Shown: in pieces, positions 22,655 to 33,371 of the stretch
How positions within the stretch are numbered: the first letter of the stretch is position 1
Layout: every line of letters begins with the position of its first letter
Assembly (NCBI GenBank): GCA_001179505.1
Contig: CDMY01000246.1
Coordinates: 1-64,000, forward strand
Length of the DNA stretch: 64,000 nt
Direction: 5' to 3'
Origin: Vitrella brassicaformis CCMP3155
Taxonomy: Eukaryota > Protista > Chromerida
Translations under genes and position numbers: made by a program
Notes under the pieces: model-generated
Databases searched by the model: none
Told to the model about the DNA's origin: nothing
Seen by the model: the letters and a program-made list of their open reading frames with translations, nothing else

Positions 22655-25422
22655 TCACTTGCGGCGCTCAACTACCAGCGTGTTCACGCGAGTGAGGCTG
22701 ACCTTGTACGGCCCACCGCTGAAGTTGAGGGCGGCCTGCTCAGCCAGGAAACGCCGCTTGAAGTCGGCCGCTACCTCCTCGTCCCACAAGAACACTTCGG
22801 TCCTCTTGTGACCCTGTCCATCCAACCAACCGGACAGTGGGCACACACACATCGCCCCGCAGCTGTCTGTGTGTGGTGTGGTGCGAGGCGCACCTTGAGC
22901 TCGTTGCTGAATGAGGCCACCGTGCCCATCACGTGCCGGTAGAAGGTCTCCAACTCGTCATCCTCTACACCGCCTATAATGAAGCAACACAGACACCACA
23001 CACACAAGACGCCGTGCCTGCTGGTTCTCTAATGGACTCCCACCCCCTCACCGAACACGTAGATCGTCAACTCCTCGATCGGCGGCAGCTTGTCGTTGGT
23101 GCGCCGCCCTCACAGGCAGGGGCTCTGGTCGTCGTCAGCGAATGCGTTTGCCGGCAGACACAGATCCACCGCCAGGCATCTCTCTCTCCCCTCCCTGATC
23201 AGCACCGTCTGCAGCCGCTCGAGGAACGTCCACACCTCACCAGTGGGGGCGTCTAGCACCGCCTCGATCTCGGCGTCTCCTGCCTCGATCCACCACAAGC
23301 TGGGCATGTGGGAGGCGATCTCGATTGCGCGCTCCTGCTTGGCCTCGTTGGCGAGGGCATCCCTTGTCAGGCGCAGTTTGATGGCGGTGGGGAATGTGTC
23401 GTTGGTGATGGCCACACGATGCGCCTCGTCGCCTCCGTACACCACGATGTCGGCTGTCTTGGCGAAATCGTGGACGATCCTCTGGAGGGTGGGGGTACTG
23501 CTGCTGGTGCGCGAGAGGGTCTCGGCGGCGATCTCTCGATCGCCACTTCCCCCCTGACGCACAATGGGCTGCGACAACGCCTCACGATGTGAGACGGCGG
23601 CACTGCAGAGAAGCACAAAAGACGAGCACATCAGTGTGCGTCACCTGTACTTGACCCCTTCATCCCTTTCATGTGTTCACTTACACGAGTTGTGCGGCCT
23701 TCTGCAGCAGTATCTCCCAATCGTCTGTATCCCCCAGCAGATACTCGCCTAGGTATATCTCGAGCTCGCGAATGGACCGCCGGGCGCCCCTCGCCACCAT
23801 CACCTCACGCAGCCGGTCGATGCCGGCGGGGCTGCTCCTCAGCGGGAGGCATCGCAGTGTGCGAAGCGCTGCGAGCGACTGCCCGTCGGCGGGCAGCGCA
23901 CTCAGCACACTGGCCGCACCGTCGGGCTGCGAGATTGCTTCGAGGTCCAGCACTTCAACAATGGCCCCGCAGTCCGCCAGCCATGCCCTCCCGCCCTGCA
24001 CCTCTGACGCAGCACCGAAACGGCCGCGGGTGACGAGCGTCTTGATGGCGGGCGTCCGCCACTGGCGGCCTACGCGAGCAGCCATGCACTCGCCCGGGAT
24101 GTTGTCTACCGTCGTGAGTGCGGGCAGGTGGATGAGGCCGTCGGGGGCGGGGGGCAGATCAGATGAGGGGGGAGGGCGGGGGATGTCAATGCTGGCACCG
24201 AGCTCGACGGCCTCGAATGACAGCACCTCCAATGTGCCCTCATGCGCCGGCTGCCCGTCGCCATCATCACCAGCTGTCCCCTCCCTCTGTCGTACCTTCT
24301 TCTCCCAAATGGCCGCCCTGCCGATGGCGTGACCCTCCACCACGGCCACCCACGTCCCGCGACACCAGCCCTCTCGCCACTTGGGGTAGCGGTGCTTGAT
24401 CTCTCGCACGTTGGTCGCCCTCTTGCCCCATCTGTGTGCCACGGCCAGCGGCATGGCCGCCCACATGCGCCGCGCCGTGTTGTCCTCACAGTCGATGACC
24501 AGTTTGGTGTAGTTGGCCACCGACTGATGGAAGAGGGGCGTGCCAAGGGGCCGGCGGTGGCGCGCCAGCTCCCATGGCTGCAGGTGGCCGAACATTTTGG
24601 AGAGCTCATCGCGGGACAGACGGAGGCGAGCCTAAGGCCGATACATATGCCACACGTGTGACTGGTGGAAAGGGGATGCTCGTGTGTGTCATCACTCACC
24701 GGTCTATCAGTGATGGGCGGGCGGCCACTCTGGTAGATCAAACGATAAGACTTCTCAGCAATAGCAGCCTGAACCACACAATGGAAGCAAACACGTCGCA
24801 CAGACCACGTGCAGGAATCCTCTCTGCAGCATGGAGGTCTCTGTGCTCATGAAGGTGTACCTGTGGCTGCTCGTCTACGGTGTCTACTGGTGCCTCCTCG
24901 GCTGGCGGCTCAGCTGTCGTCGGCATGAGGCTCTCCGCTGCAGTGGCTAGCAGAGGCTCCAATGTCGACAGCTGGGTGGCGGCAGCATTGAACTGGGCTG
25001 TCAGGAGGGACAGCTGGACACGCAACTCGCGAGTTGACGCCTGCATGGACAACCAGAGAGCAGCACAGAACATTCATCAGAAGAGAGAGAACGTGAGCCG
25101 AAGGTGATGCTTGATACCACTGTGCTATGATTCGCAAACTCCGTCCGCTGCTTGATCTGCGTGAGGTGTTCATCAACCTGAGAGAGAGGAAGCAGTGGCA
25201 GCGGTGAGCGAGTGAGACCATGTGTGGCTGCTGTGTTTGGCCGAAATCCTTTGTCTGAAGTTGCATGAGCTGTTGCAGGCTCTCCCTCGCCGACTGAGCG
25301 TCCTCCCGAAGCTGCCGCTGCTGCATCAAACACCCGAGCAACACGCAAAGCAGCCGAAAGGTGAAAGGCGCTGCGTGTGTTTTGACGCCTGCTTTCATCT
25401 TCCTCACCTCGTCTGCATCCAT
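22655..25422 (-). pseudogene. Member of a lineage-expanded hypothetical family (coiled-coil N-terminus, F-box-like LSRDELSKMFGHLQPWEL segment, long conserved body), interrupted by an in-frame TGA at 23110-23112
   Basis: The exons splice in frame across the locus. The frame continues past PCL*GRRTNDKLPPIEELTIYVF into two more spliced exons ending VVERRK*. The family assignment is from recollection of chromerid hypothetical proteins and was not verified. Confidence 0.55.
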
Positions 25423-25643
25423 TGTGTTGGCCGCCGTCAGTGATCAAGGCCCTCCAAGGCTCTCATGGCACAATAGGCGGCATCTCTTGCGATCGAATGA
25501 CGTCTGCCGCTTCTGCCGTGACCATACAGAGGTTCCGCAGCAAGGTGGGCCTCGTCTGATGCAACATCTACGGCATTTGATGGAAAAAATGGACGCCCTT
25601 TCCAGCTCGCAGTTTTTTGAAACCGGCTGCCGGCGAATTAGAG

Positions 25644-27712
25644 ATGATGTCGGGGTTTAAGAAGCGCAAGGGGGCGCCTGACGGCGACAGCGATGATCAG
25701 CTTCCCTTTCGGTCCACTCGGCCAGCCTTTGTCACAGATGCTCTCCACTCTGTCGCTTCCAGCTTCGATGACGCCGGACGAGCCCTCGCATTCAAGCGAC
25801 AGACCCTCGAGGAGCTGCAGAAAGACCAGCAGCGGCTGCTGAGCGAGATCAGCTGGCAGGAGGATGCCGCTGGTGACGCCAACGAGATGCTCCCTCTGTC
25901 GGCGGGCGGAACCCTTTTCAAGGTTCCTCGCGGTTTGCTGACCAAGAAGGCCGACAGTCTGCTGGCGTTCATCTTCAGCGGCCACCTCGATGGGCGACTG
26001 GTTCGGTGCACCGACGGATCCCATTGCATCTTCATGGACCTCGACGGAAGCATCTTCGAGAAGATCATCCACACGCTGGCTACATCCGACGGCAGCAGCA
26101 GCGCGAGTCAGGCGCAGGGCACTGCTGACCCTGACGAGGCCTTCTTCTTCGACGTGCTGGTCAGCAAGCCCCTCCCCACCGTCACCACCTCCCCCGGCCC
26201 CCCTCCCCCACACATGGACGCACCAGCCATGCCTCACACCACCGGAGTTCAGGAGGCCATGCCGTCAAGCGCGGCACTCATGGACAGCATCAAGTCGGTG
26301 TGTGTGGGATACATGAAGAAGCATGCGGCCGTTGACGCACAGATCGATGCCGTCAAGCGTGTCATGCGGCAGCTAGAGGATCGCATGAAGCTGGCCGAGC
26401 CCTGGCTGCAGCCGTCGACGGGGGGCGGGGTCGGGGTGGTGAGTGTGAGTGTGATGGGGATGACTCTTAGCACGACCACGGCCACTGTAGAGGCGTGTGG
26501 CGGGGGCGACTCGCCGTTCGCAAATCGCTTCAACGGGTGGGCACGCACAAGACACATTGTAGCGGGAACACACGTGTGAGCGCTTGTTTGCTCTCCCTCA
26601 GGGCCTCGTTGGACGCCACATCCCCTGGGCTCGTACGCAAGGCCATCAACTTCGCCCGCCGACACCGTATTGCCCCCTCTCAATCCCTCCCAATCACTCC
26701 CTCACAGCAGTCATCGGCTAACGACACACTGGAGCTGCGCCGGACACTCGAGATGTTCGGCCTAGTCGGTTCTCATGCGCACTGTGTGCAGCGCATCGCA
26801 CCGTCGATGGGAGGGCCGGGGAAAGGGCTGTTAGCGGGGCGGGCGGAGCTGAATCGGCTTGTGGGCTGGCTGGAGGAGGAATGGAACAAACCTGTAGAGG
26901 ACATACAGTGCACATTCACGTCCGCAAGAGTATATGTGGGTCAGAGGAAGTAAGCTGGCAACATGGATGTCTTTGTTCCTCAGTTGTTCGTTGGCAGCTG
27001 CGTACGATCGCGCTGCCTTCCTGGCGAGCATCCCAGCACCCGAGGCGGAGAAGGGCTGGGTGAGTACGGCAGACGACGGCAATGGCCACAGTTGACACAC
27101 GGTGCATCGCTGTGTCTGGATGTGCAGGTGTTGCTGTTGAAGAAGGGTGAGCAGGTGGTGGGTGGAGCCAGCCCCAAGGGGTTAAAGACAGACACGGAAT
27201 GGCTCCGTGCGGCGTCTCCGAATGGCCCTCGCATCGAGTAAGTCTGGACGCTATCGTTCTGTTTGTGGCGTGAGCAAATGTCATTTGCTTGCTCTCTCTT
27301 GATCCCCGTCAGGGCGTATGGATGACGTTGTGTGTGCGTGTGTGTGTGTGTGTGTGAATGTAGTTGTTACGAGCGCTCTTCACAGGAGCCGATTCCTTTT
27401 CTCTTCAAGCTGACCGACGCACACCACCCCGACACCGTCGCAAAGAAGACAGGGGACACATCTGCTGTAGCCGCTGGCAGCCGACTGTTGTCTCTTTGTA
27501 TCATGGCAGGGGTGGATATCAGCCACGCTCTTTGGGTCGAGCTGGCATCGCCATTTCACCATGGCGCACGGATCCTCACTAGCAAGGAGGCAGAGAGGCC
27601 CCTCATGAGCGGCCCAGCAAGGGTCGAGGGGGGCTTTCACACTGTGTGCGGTGGGTGGGATGTGGTGGAGGTGTGGCAGGTGGCCTACATGGGCCAGAGA
27701 GCCATGGGATAG
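25644..27712 (+). CDS. BTB/POZ (KCTD/T1-type) x2 plus TLDc-like C-terminal domain protein, multi-exon
   Basis: LSAGGTLFKVPRGLLTKKADSLLAFIFSG...IFMDLDGSIFEKII is a T1-type BTB. A second degenerate BTB reads VSVSVMGMTLSTTTATV...FANRF. The C-terminal DVVEVWQV resembles a TLDc terminus. Confidence 0.65.
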
Positions 27713-28232
27713 CTCGATATCGCGTGAGGTGGGATGGGATGGATGGATGTACCTATGTGTGGACGTGTCTTGTGTACAGTGTTGGTGTACTATCTATCCA
27801 TCAAACGGATGTACAAATCAAATTGCCTTGTTTTGCCTGATATCGTCTCCGTCCCTTCGTCTCTGTCCACGTCTGGGCAACATGAACAGCAAGACACAAA
27901 CCAGCCCCCAAACAGAAGAGTAGGGCAGAAAGGAAAGCCTTCCGAATAAGAAGGACTGTATTCTATTCTACAACGCTGTAGTCAGTCCTCTGCCTCACTC
28001 ACTACTGAAAGCCCTGGCTGCCCTGTCTTTCGACCCTCCTGCTCACACTATGTAGTATACAACACACCGACAGATGACAGACAAACGGAAGACAGACAGA
28101 TGGAGAGGCACCGGATTAGACAGACAGACAGAGAGACATACAGCACCCGGCCACGTCGGATCCTGCAGTTTGCACGGCGATGAATGCGTACCGGACAGGA
28201 CGCCACGTCTCGTCGCCTGCTCGATTGACCGC

Positions 28233-30429
28233 CTACCAGCCGCCACTGGCCCCTCCCCCGTCATCGACGGAGCCCCCTCCAAAGCTCCCCGATGAGCTTG
28301 TGCCGCCACCCCTGTCATCAGAATCGCCCCTGCACGAGCACATCACAACCGAATGAACATTACTGCATGAATGCATTTGTGCCTGCCTACCATCCGCGGC
28401 TGACGCCTCTCCCGCCCTTGAACCAGCCCCCTCCAAAGCCGCCCGATGAGCTCGTGCCGGGATCAGAATCATCGCGGCGAGTCGGTTCTTGGCGGCTTTC
28501 AAGGCCTCGATTTGTTCCTGCTCGGCTATGATCTCCTTGCACCGTTGGATCTCGTTTTGCTTTGCCAGAGTAGGTCCTGCCTCCCGATGAGCTGATGCCA
28601 CCAGAATAGCCACCACCACCATTATAGTCGCCTCCAGAGTAGGTGGAGCCATAGCTATAGCTTGTGTAGCTGCGTCTGCTGCGGGTCGCCGTCTTTTTCG
28701 GCTCCTTCGGTTCAGCTGTGTCGTCGGGCGGCTTTGGGCCGCGATGGAAGCCGCTGCCAGAGTAGGAGTGCTCATCAATGCCCCGTGAAGCGGCGTCATT
28801 GTACTGAGAAGCCTCCTTGTGTTGCTCTCGGTGCGGCAGTGCCTGCCGCAGGCTGTCGGTGCGCCCCTGTATGCGATAGTAGCTGGGGTCATAGCTCGGG
28901 GTATAGCTGGAGTAGCTGGTGGATCGGCGCCTTGGGCTCTTCGGTTGCTCTGGCTTGCCGCTGTTCGCATACCAAATGATCCACCTGCATCCATCCATGT
29001 AAAGGGCAGACATGCAGATCCCTGTGGGTGACGTTTCTGTATCTTTTGTCCTCACATGATGAGGGTGAGGATAATGGCGGCAATTAGAAGGGCTGGCAGT
29101 GCCTCATCGCTGATCTGAACACTCACGGCGATCGCAGACTTGGACGAGGGGTCCTTCAGCTTGGCCTCCAGCAGGGTGAGGCCCTTCCGTATGGCACCGC
29201 TGTAGTCCTCTCGTCTCAGGGCAGGCCTGCATTCATCCATCCATGCGCCAAGAGAGCCAATCATTGTCCCTTCAGCTGCTCCTCTATCTCACTCAGATCA
29301 CTGACTCTCACTTCATCGCATCGATGATCGTGGTCAGGTCCCGGTTGCTCACTCGCAGTTTCGCCTGCTTTGCCGCTTGGATATGCACCACTCGGTCGTC
29401 TCGGCTCAGAAAGAAGATCACCCCGTTGCCGCACCCCTTGTCGCCTACGCCCCACTGGTTGCCAATCGATGTCGCCCACCTACAGACAGACATACGGCCA
29501 AGGAAACAACCAGCCGAATGCACCATGGACAGCATCGACACACTTACTTCGCCGCGAGACTGTATTTGTTTTCCCCTTCGCGCAGCAGCATCTTTCGGAC
29601 CAGTGCCACGCTGACTTGGAAGCCCCTTTCCTCTCCGTCAGGGCAGGTCAGTCTACAATTGTCGCGGATGTCGTTGAGAATCCTCTGAATCATCTCTCGG
29701 TCATAGACACTCGGCAGCACACCGTCAGGGTCACATACCCATCCCTTGTTGCGCAGGCCGCACTGCAGCAGGTCATACTGAGGATTGGGAAACGGGCCGG
29801 AAGGCAAGGCTGCAGACCACACCACACCACACCACACCACACCACAGCACACACGAAATACTGTGTGTGACTCATGGCCAGCTTTGTGGCTGCATTCTCG
29901 TGCTCATTTGCCGACAGCAGGGCGAGGAGGGCTGAACGGCTGAAAGTGAAGAGACGCCGGAGAGGGAGAACTTGTCGTTTTGCTCGCCGCCGTCGGGCAC
30001 CGTTATGGTGCTCTCGTCATCCTGAACACACACGTACGTGCACAGTGACAGATACATCCTCTTCCCTTTGTGGGCATGCCCACTCACCGTGGCAATCTCT
30101 GCAGCCTCAGCAGACGAGAGAACCCTTCGGCTACCCCGCTTGCCAGCCTGGTGTCCGACCAGCCGACCCGGCTGGACAATCGCTGGAGCCGTGAGTTTGA
30201 AGGGGTCCAGCGTCGAGAGCGACGGCCGCATGAAGATGCCTGGCAGTCGGAATAAAGCGAAAAGGGAGGTGGCGCTTGCATCACGTCGCTTGTCAATGGC
30301 CGTTGTCGGGGGAGAGAATCTTATCGGCGCCACGAAGGCGCCCGGCCGGACGGCATCTGTGCCTGCCATGGCGAACAGTGCTGTTGTGAAGGCGTACAAC
30401 GCACCCGCCATCCTTGCTGACGTACTCAT
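28233..30429 (-). CDS. TPM/MOLO1-like domain protein with N-terminal targeting leader, TM helix and Gly/Ser/Tyr-rich tail; multi-exon; 5' exon junctions uncertain
   Basis: FPNPQYDLLQCG...WVCDPDGVL; QVSVALVRKM; WATSIGNQWGVGDKGCGNGVIFFLSRDDRVVHI; PALRREDYSGAIRKGL. TM segment ALPALLIAAIILTLI. Tail ends GGGASGGW* or GVSRGW*, typical of TPM-protein C-termini. Confidence 0.75.
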
Positions 30430-30720
30430 TCAGCAGCACGGGCGGGATAATCTACAGCGAAAGACAGGAACGGCGTCGACAAAACGGGATGAATCCCAGG
30501 AAGTGAAACGCAATTCAGGTGGGAGGCCTGCTGACGGCCGATGTGTGTGCACAGAATGCCACACGAGAGAAGCTTCCTTCGGCTCCTCGCCGACCTGAGC
30601 TCGCAGATCTGGGAGCAGTTGGTCTGTGAGCTTAGCCGGAAGACGAGACCTGGATGCAGCTGCGCCCTTGCATCTTCTGATGAGTGCAGGCCACCACGTG
30701 GGAGTCCCCTGTCATCACTG

Positions 30721-32316
30721 ATGAGGTCTGCCACCGCCAGCAGGACCGACGGCGATGCAGATGCGTCATCGAGAGCAGCCAATCACCTTGGCAACATTTG
30801 GTGTGCGCCGATCATTGCCTGCTGCCAAGGTGTCATCACTGCCGACGAGAGAAGACCCTCTCCCGTCCCCTCTCATCGTCCTGAGGACTCGCATGCGACC
30901 CCGGAAAGCGCGTTTGCTCAGAGGCAGCCGTGCGCCGCCGCGAAAGAGTGGAACTTTGATATGTTCGGGCCTCGTGATTTTCGTGTGGATCTGCCGCTGA
31001 AGACGGACACAGAGGCCGAGGAGCCCGCTGGCGAGCTGACGCTGTCGAACTTCATGACTACCTTCAGCAGCTCGTCGGTCAGCTCTGGGCCGTTGGAATC
31101 GTCGTCGAAATGCCCACCGGCAACTTTATCGACGGCCATCGGCACGAGCAGGTCCAGCACCTCAGCTGCGTCCATCTTGAGCAAGCCCAACCGGTGCATT
31201 GATGACGACGGTGATGTTGAGTGGGGGTGGTACACGCTGGAGGTGGGACCGATGAGGCTGTGGATGACGGACGGGCCCGCGCTCTTTGGTCTGTACTGGC
31301 TGTGTGCTATCGGCTACTCCGTCTACATGGTGTTGGGTTTGCAAACACTTATGCCGGTGTCGGACAAGATGCCGGTGTGGCTGTATGTGCTGGGTATGCT
31401 GGACCCCGTCGTCGTTCTCGTCACGTGCGTCTACTTCCTCTCTCTCCCGCCGCGGTCGCCTAAGGTCCTCAAGGCCTTCAACATCGTTGTGCCGCTTGGG
31501 CTCACCTTCTCCGGCCCCCTGCTCTTCTATGTGCCTCTGGGAACACTGTGGACGTACCTCTGGCTCTTCGGGGGCCTGATCCTCATCTCCTTCATGTTCA
31601 TCATGGTAGCGGTGCCGCGGGCCTACCCAGCCACAATCGACACGTGCACCTCGCAAACATCGATCATTTCCCGGCCTCAGAGGAAGTTCGTGGTACAGTA
31701 CAGAGTCCGTCCGGTGCCTGGAGCGGCAGACTGGGGCCTGCCTGTCTATGAGAAGCTTGCAGCCTACGTGTGGCTCTCCAAACAACGGAAGGTCGACGCT
31801 GTGCTGCTGGAGCGGCTACTCAAATTCTGCGGATACCTCCTCATGGTATGGGACTTCATCTCAGACGTGGCTGTGGGCACCCAGCTGATCAAGCACGGTC
31901 GGATACTGCCGGGGGTGGTCATCCTGGTCCTCAGTCTCTCGGACGCCGTGTCGATGAACGTGCAGTATGAATTTAGGACCCTCGGCGGCCTCACTCTCCG
32001 GCAGAACGCGCTGGTCTTTCTGCTGGCCCTGCTGGAGCTGCCCATCATGGCCTTGACGCTCGCCTACTCGTCTGAAGGCGACCCCAGGATGCACATCGTC
32101 TCGGCAGTGCTCACCTCGTCGGTCGTGCTGGTTCGCGGCGGCATCTTCGCATTTGTGGCGATTCGTCATCACTGGCGACGGCAGAAACAAAGGATGGCCG
32201 ATGGGGTTGGTGGCGAGGGGCCAGCGAGTGCCGAGCTGATGACGCCGCGGCTGTGTCTGTCGGAGCCGTGTGACAGAGATGAGGGGAACGATGAACAGTC
32301 CAACTGGTCTGTCTGA
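30721..32316 (+). CDS. Intronless multi-pass membrane protein of unknown function (start codon uncertain: 30721 or 30961)
   Basis: Long ORF with a Ser-rich N-terminus and about 7-8 hydrophobic segments (e.g. LFGLYWLCAIGYSVYMVLG; LLMVWDFISDVAVG; ALVFLLALLELPIMALTLAY). Confidence 0.7.
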   Translation: MRSATASRTDGDADASSRAANHLGNIWCAPIIACCQGVITADERRPSPVPSHRPEDSHATPESAFAQRQPCAAAKEWNFDMFGPRDFRVDLPLKTDTEAEEPAGELTLSNFMTTFSSSSVSSGPLESSSKCPPATLSTAIGTSRSSTSAASILSKPNRCIDDDGDVEWGWYTLEVGPMRLWMTDGPALFGLYWLCAIGYSVYMVLGLQTLMPVSDKMPVWLYVLGMLDPVVVLVTCVYFLSLPPRSPKVLKAFNIVVPLGLTFSGPLLFYVPLGTLWTYLWLFGGLILISFMFIMVAVPRAYPATIDTCTSQTSIISRPQRKFVVQYRVRPVPGAADWGLPVYEKLAAYVWLSKQRKVDAVLLERLLKFCGYLLMVWDFISDVAVGTQLIKHGRILPGVVILVLSLSDAVSMNVQYEFRTLGGLTLRQNALVFLLALLELPIMALTLAYSSEGDPRMHIVSAVLTSSVVLVRGGIFAFVAIRHHWRRQKQRMADGVGGEGPASAELMTPRLCLSEPCDRDEGNDEQSNWSV

Positions 32317-33371
32317 GGCTTTGCCGACCGTGTGTGCGCGCACGTATGCCGGCAGCTCCGCACGGCGGCTTATTCAGTGTAATCAAGGGAGGAGCTGTAT
32401 TGTACTTTCGTGTGTGATGGCGTGTGAACGACTGAAGGGGCGACACACATGCGTCGCTGGAGTGGTGGGTAGGTGGGAGGGTGAAGTTTTGTGGTCGATG
32501 GAAGTACATGCATCTATCTGTCTATCTGTAAGGGCACGTTTCTTGTATGGGAGGGTCCCTGGGGAGGTGACTGTGTCTCTTTTCGTTGGCAGTGACTGAG
32601 TGAGGGAGGGGCTCTTTAAGCTTGCTTTGTAAGGGGCTGTTTAAGCTCTGTCTCTCCTGCCTCTTCGCCTTCTTTCCTTCCTGCCTGGCTGCCTTCCTGT
32701 GATGTCGGTCTGCAGCCGGTAGGCCACAGAGGGGCGCATATGTGTCGGCAGGTGTATTTATCGGTGCGTGCAGTCCCTGTTTCATCCATTTGTCCGTTAT
32801 TTGCGCTGTCAGGTGTTGCGTGATTGCGTGTAGAAAATGCGTCAACTGGCCGAGTGCCATCGATGCAGAACTTTTGTGTATGATGAAGGTGCAGTTCTCT
32901 CCCTCTCTCTCTCTGTGTGTGTGTGTGTGTGCGTGGCAGCCCATGTGCACATTCGTGTGCCATCGTGACACATGTCTATCCGTATATCCTCGCGTGATGG
33001 TGTGCGTAAGTGTGTGTATCTGCCTGTCTAACGCTGTACGGTAGCTTCATGTGTCTGAGACTCCGTCCGACCATCGATATATCCATGCTGCATCTCTATG
33101 GATGCTGTGTGTGGCCGGCCATGTCTGTGTCACGAAGACCACTCGTGGGATGACAGCCTTTTCTGCACCATTCAATGACGGGAAGGTCACATTAGTACTG
33201 TCTCGAGGGCGCGTCGGTGCGCTCGCTCCGAATGCAGCTGTACACACCAACACATAGCCGCCATGCGTCAGAATCCTCAGATGGATGAGGAGGGACACAC
33301 GCCCTCAAAAAAAGAATGTCACGAAACCAAGAGTTCACGAGAGCGAAAACCGCACCCCAGCCAGCCATCCA

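Noticed and set aside
23110-23112. Selenocysteine interpretation of the in-frame TGA
   Set aside because: There is no redox motif context, no SECIS-like stem was recognised downstream, and Trp (TGG) is the more parsimonious ancestral codon.
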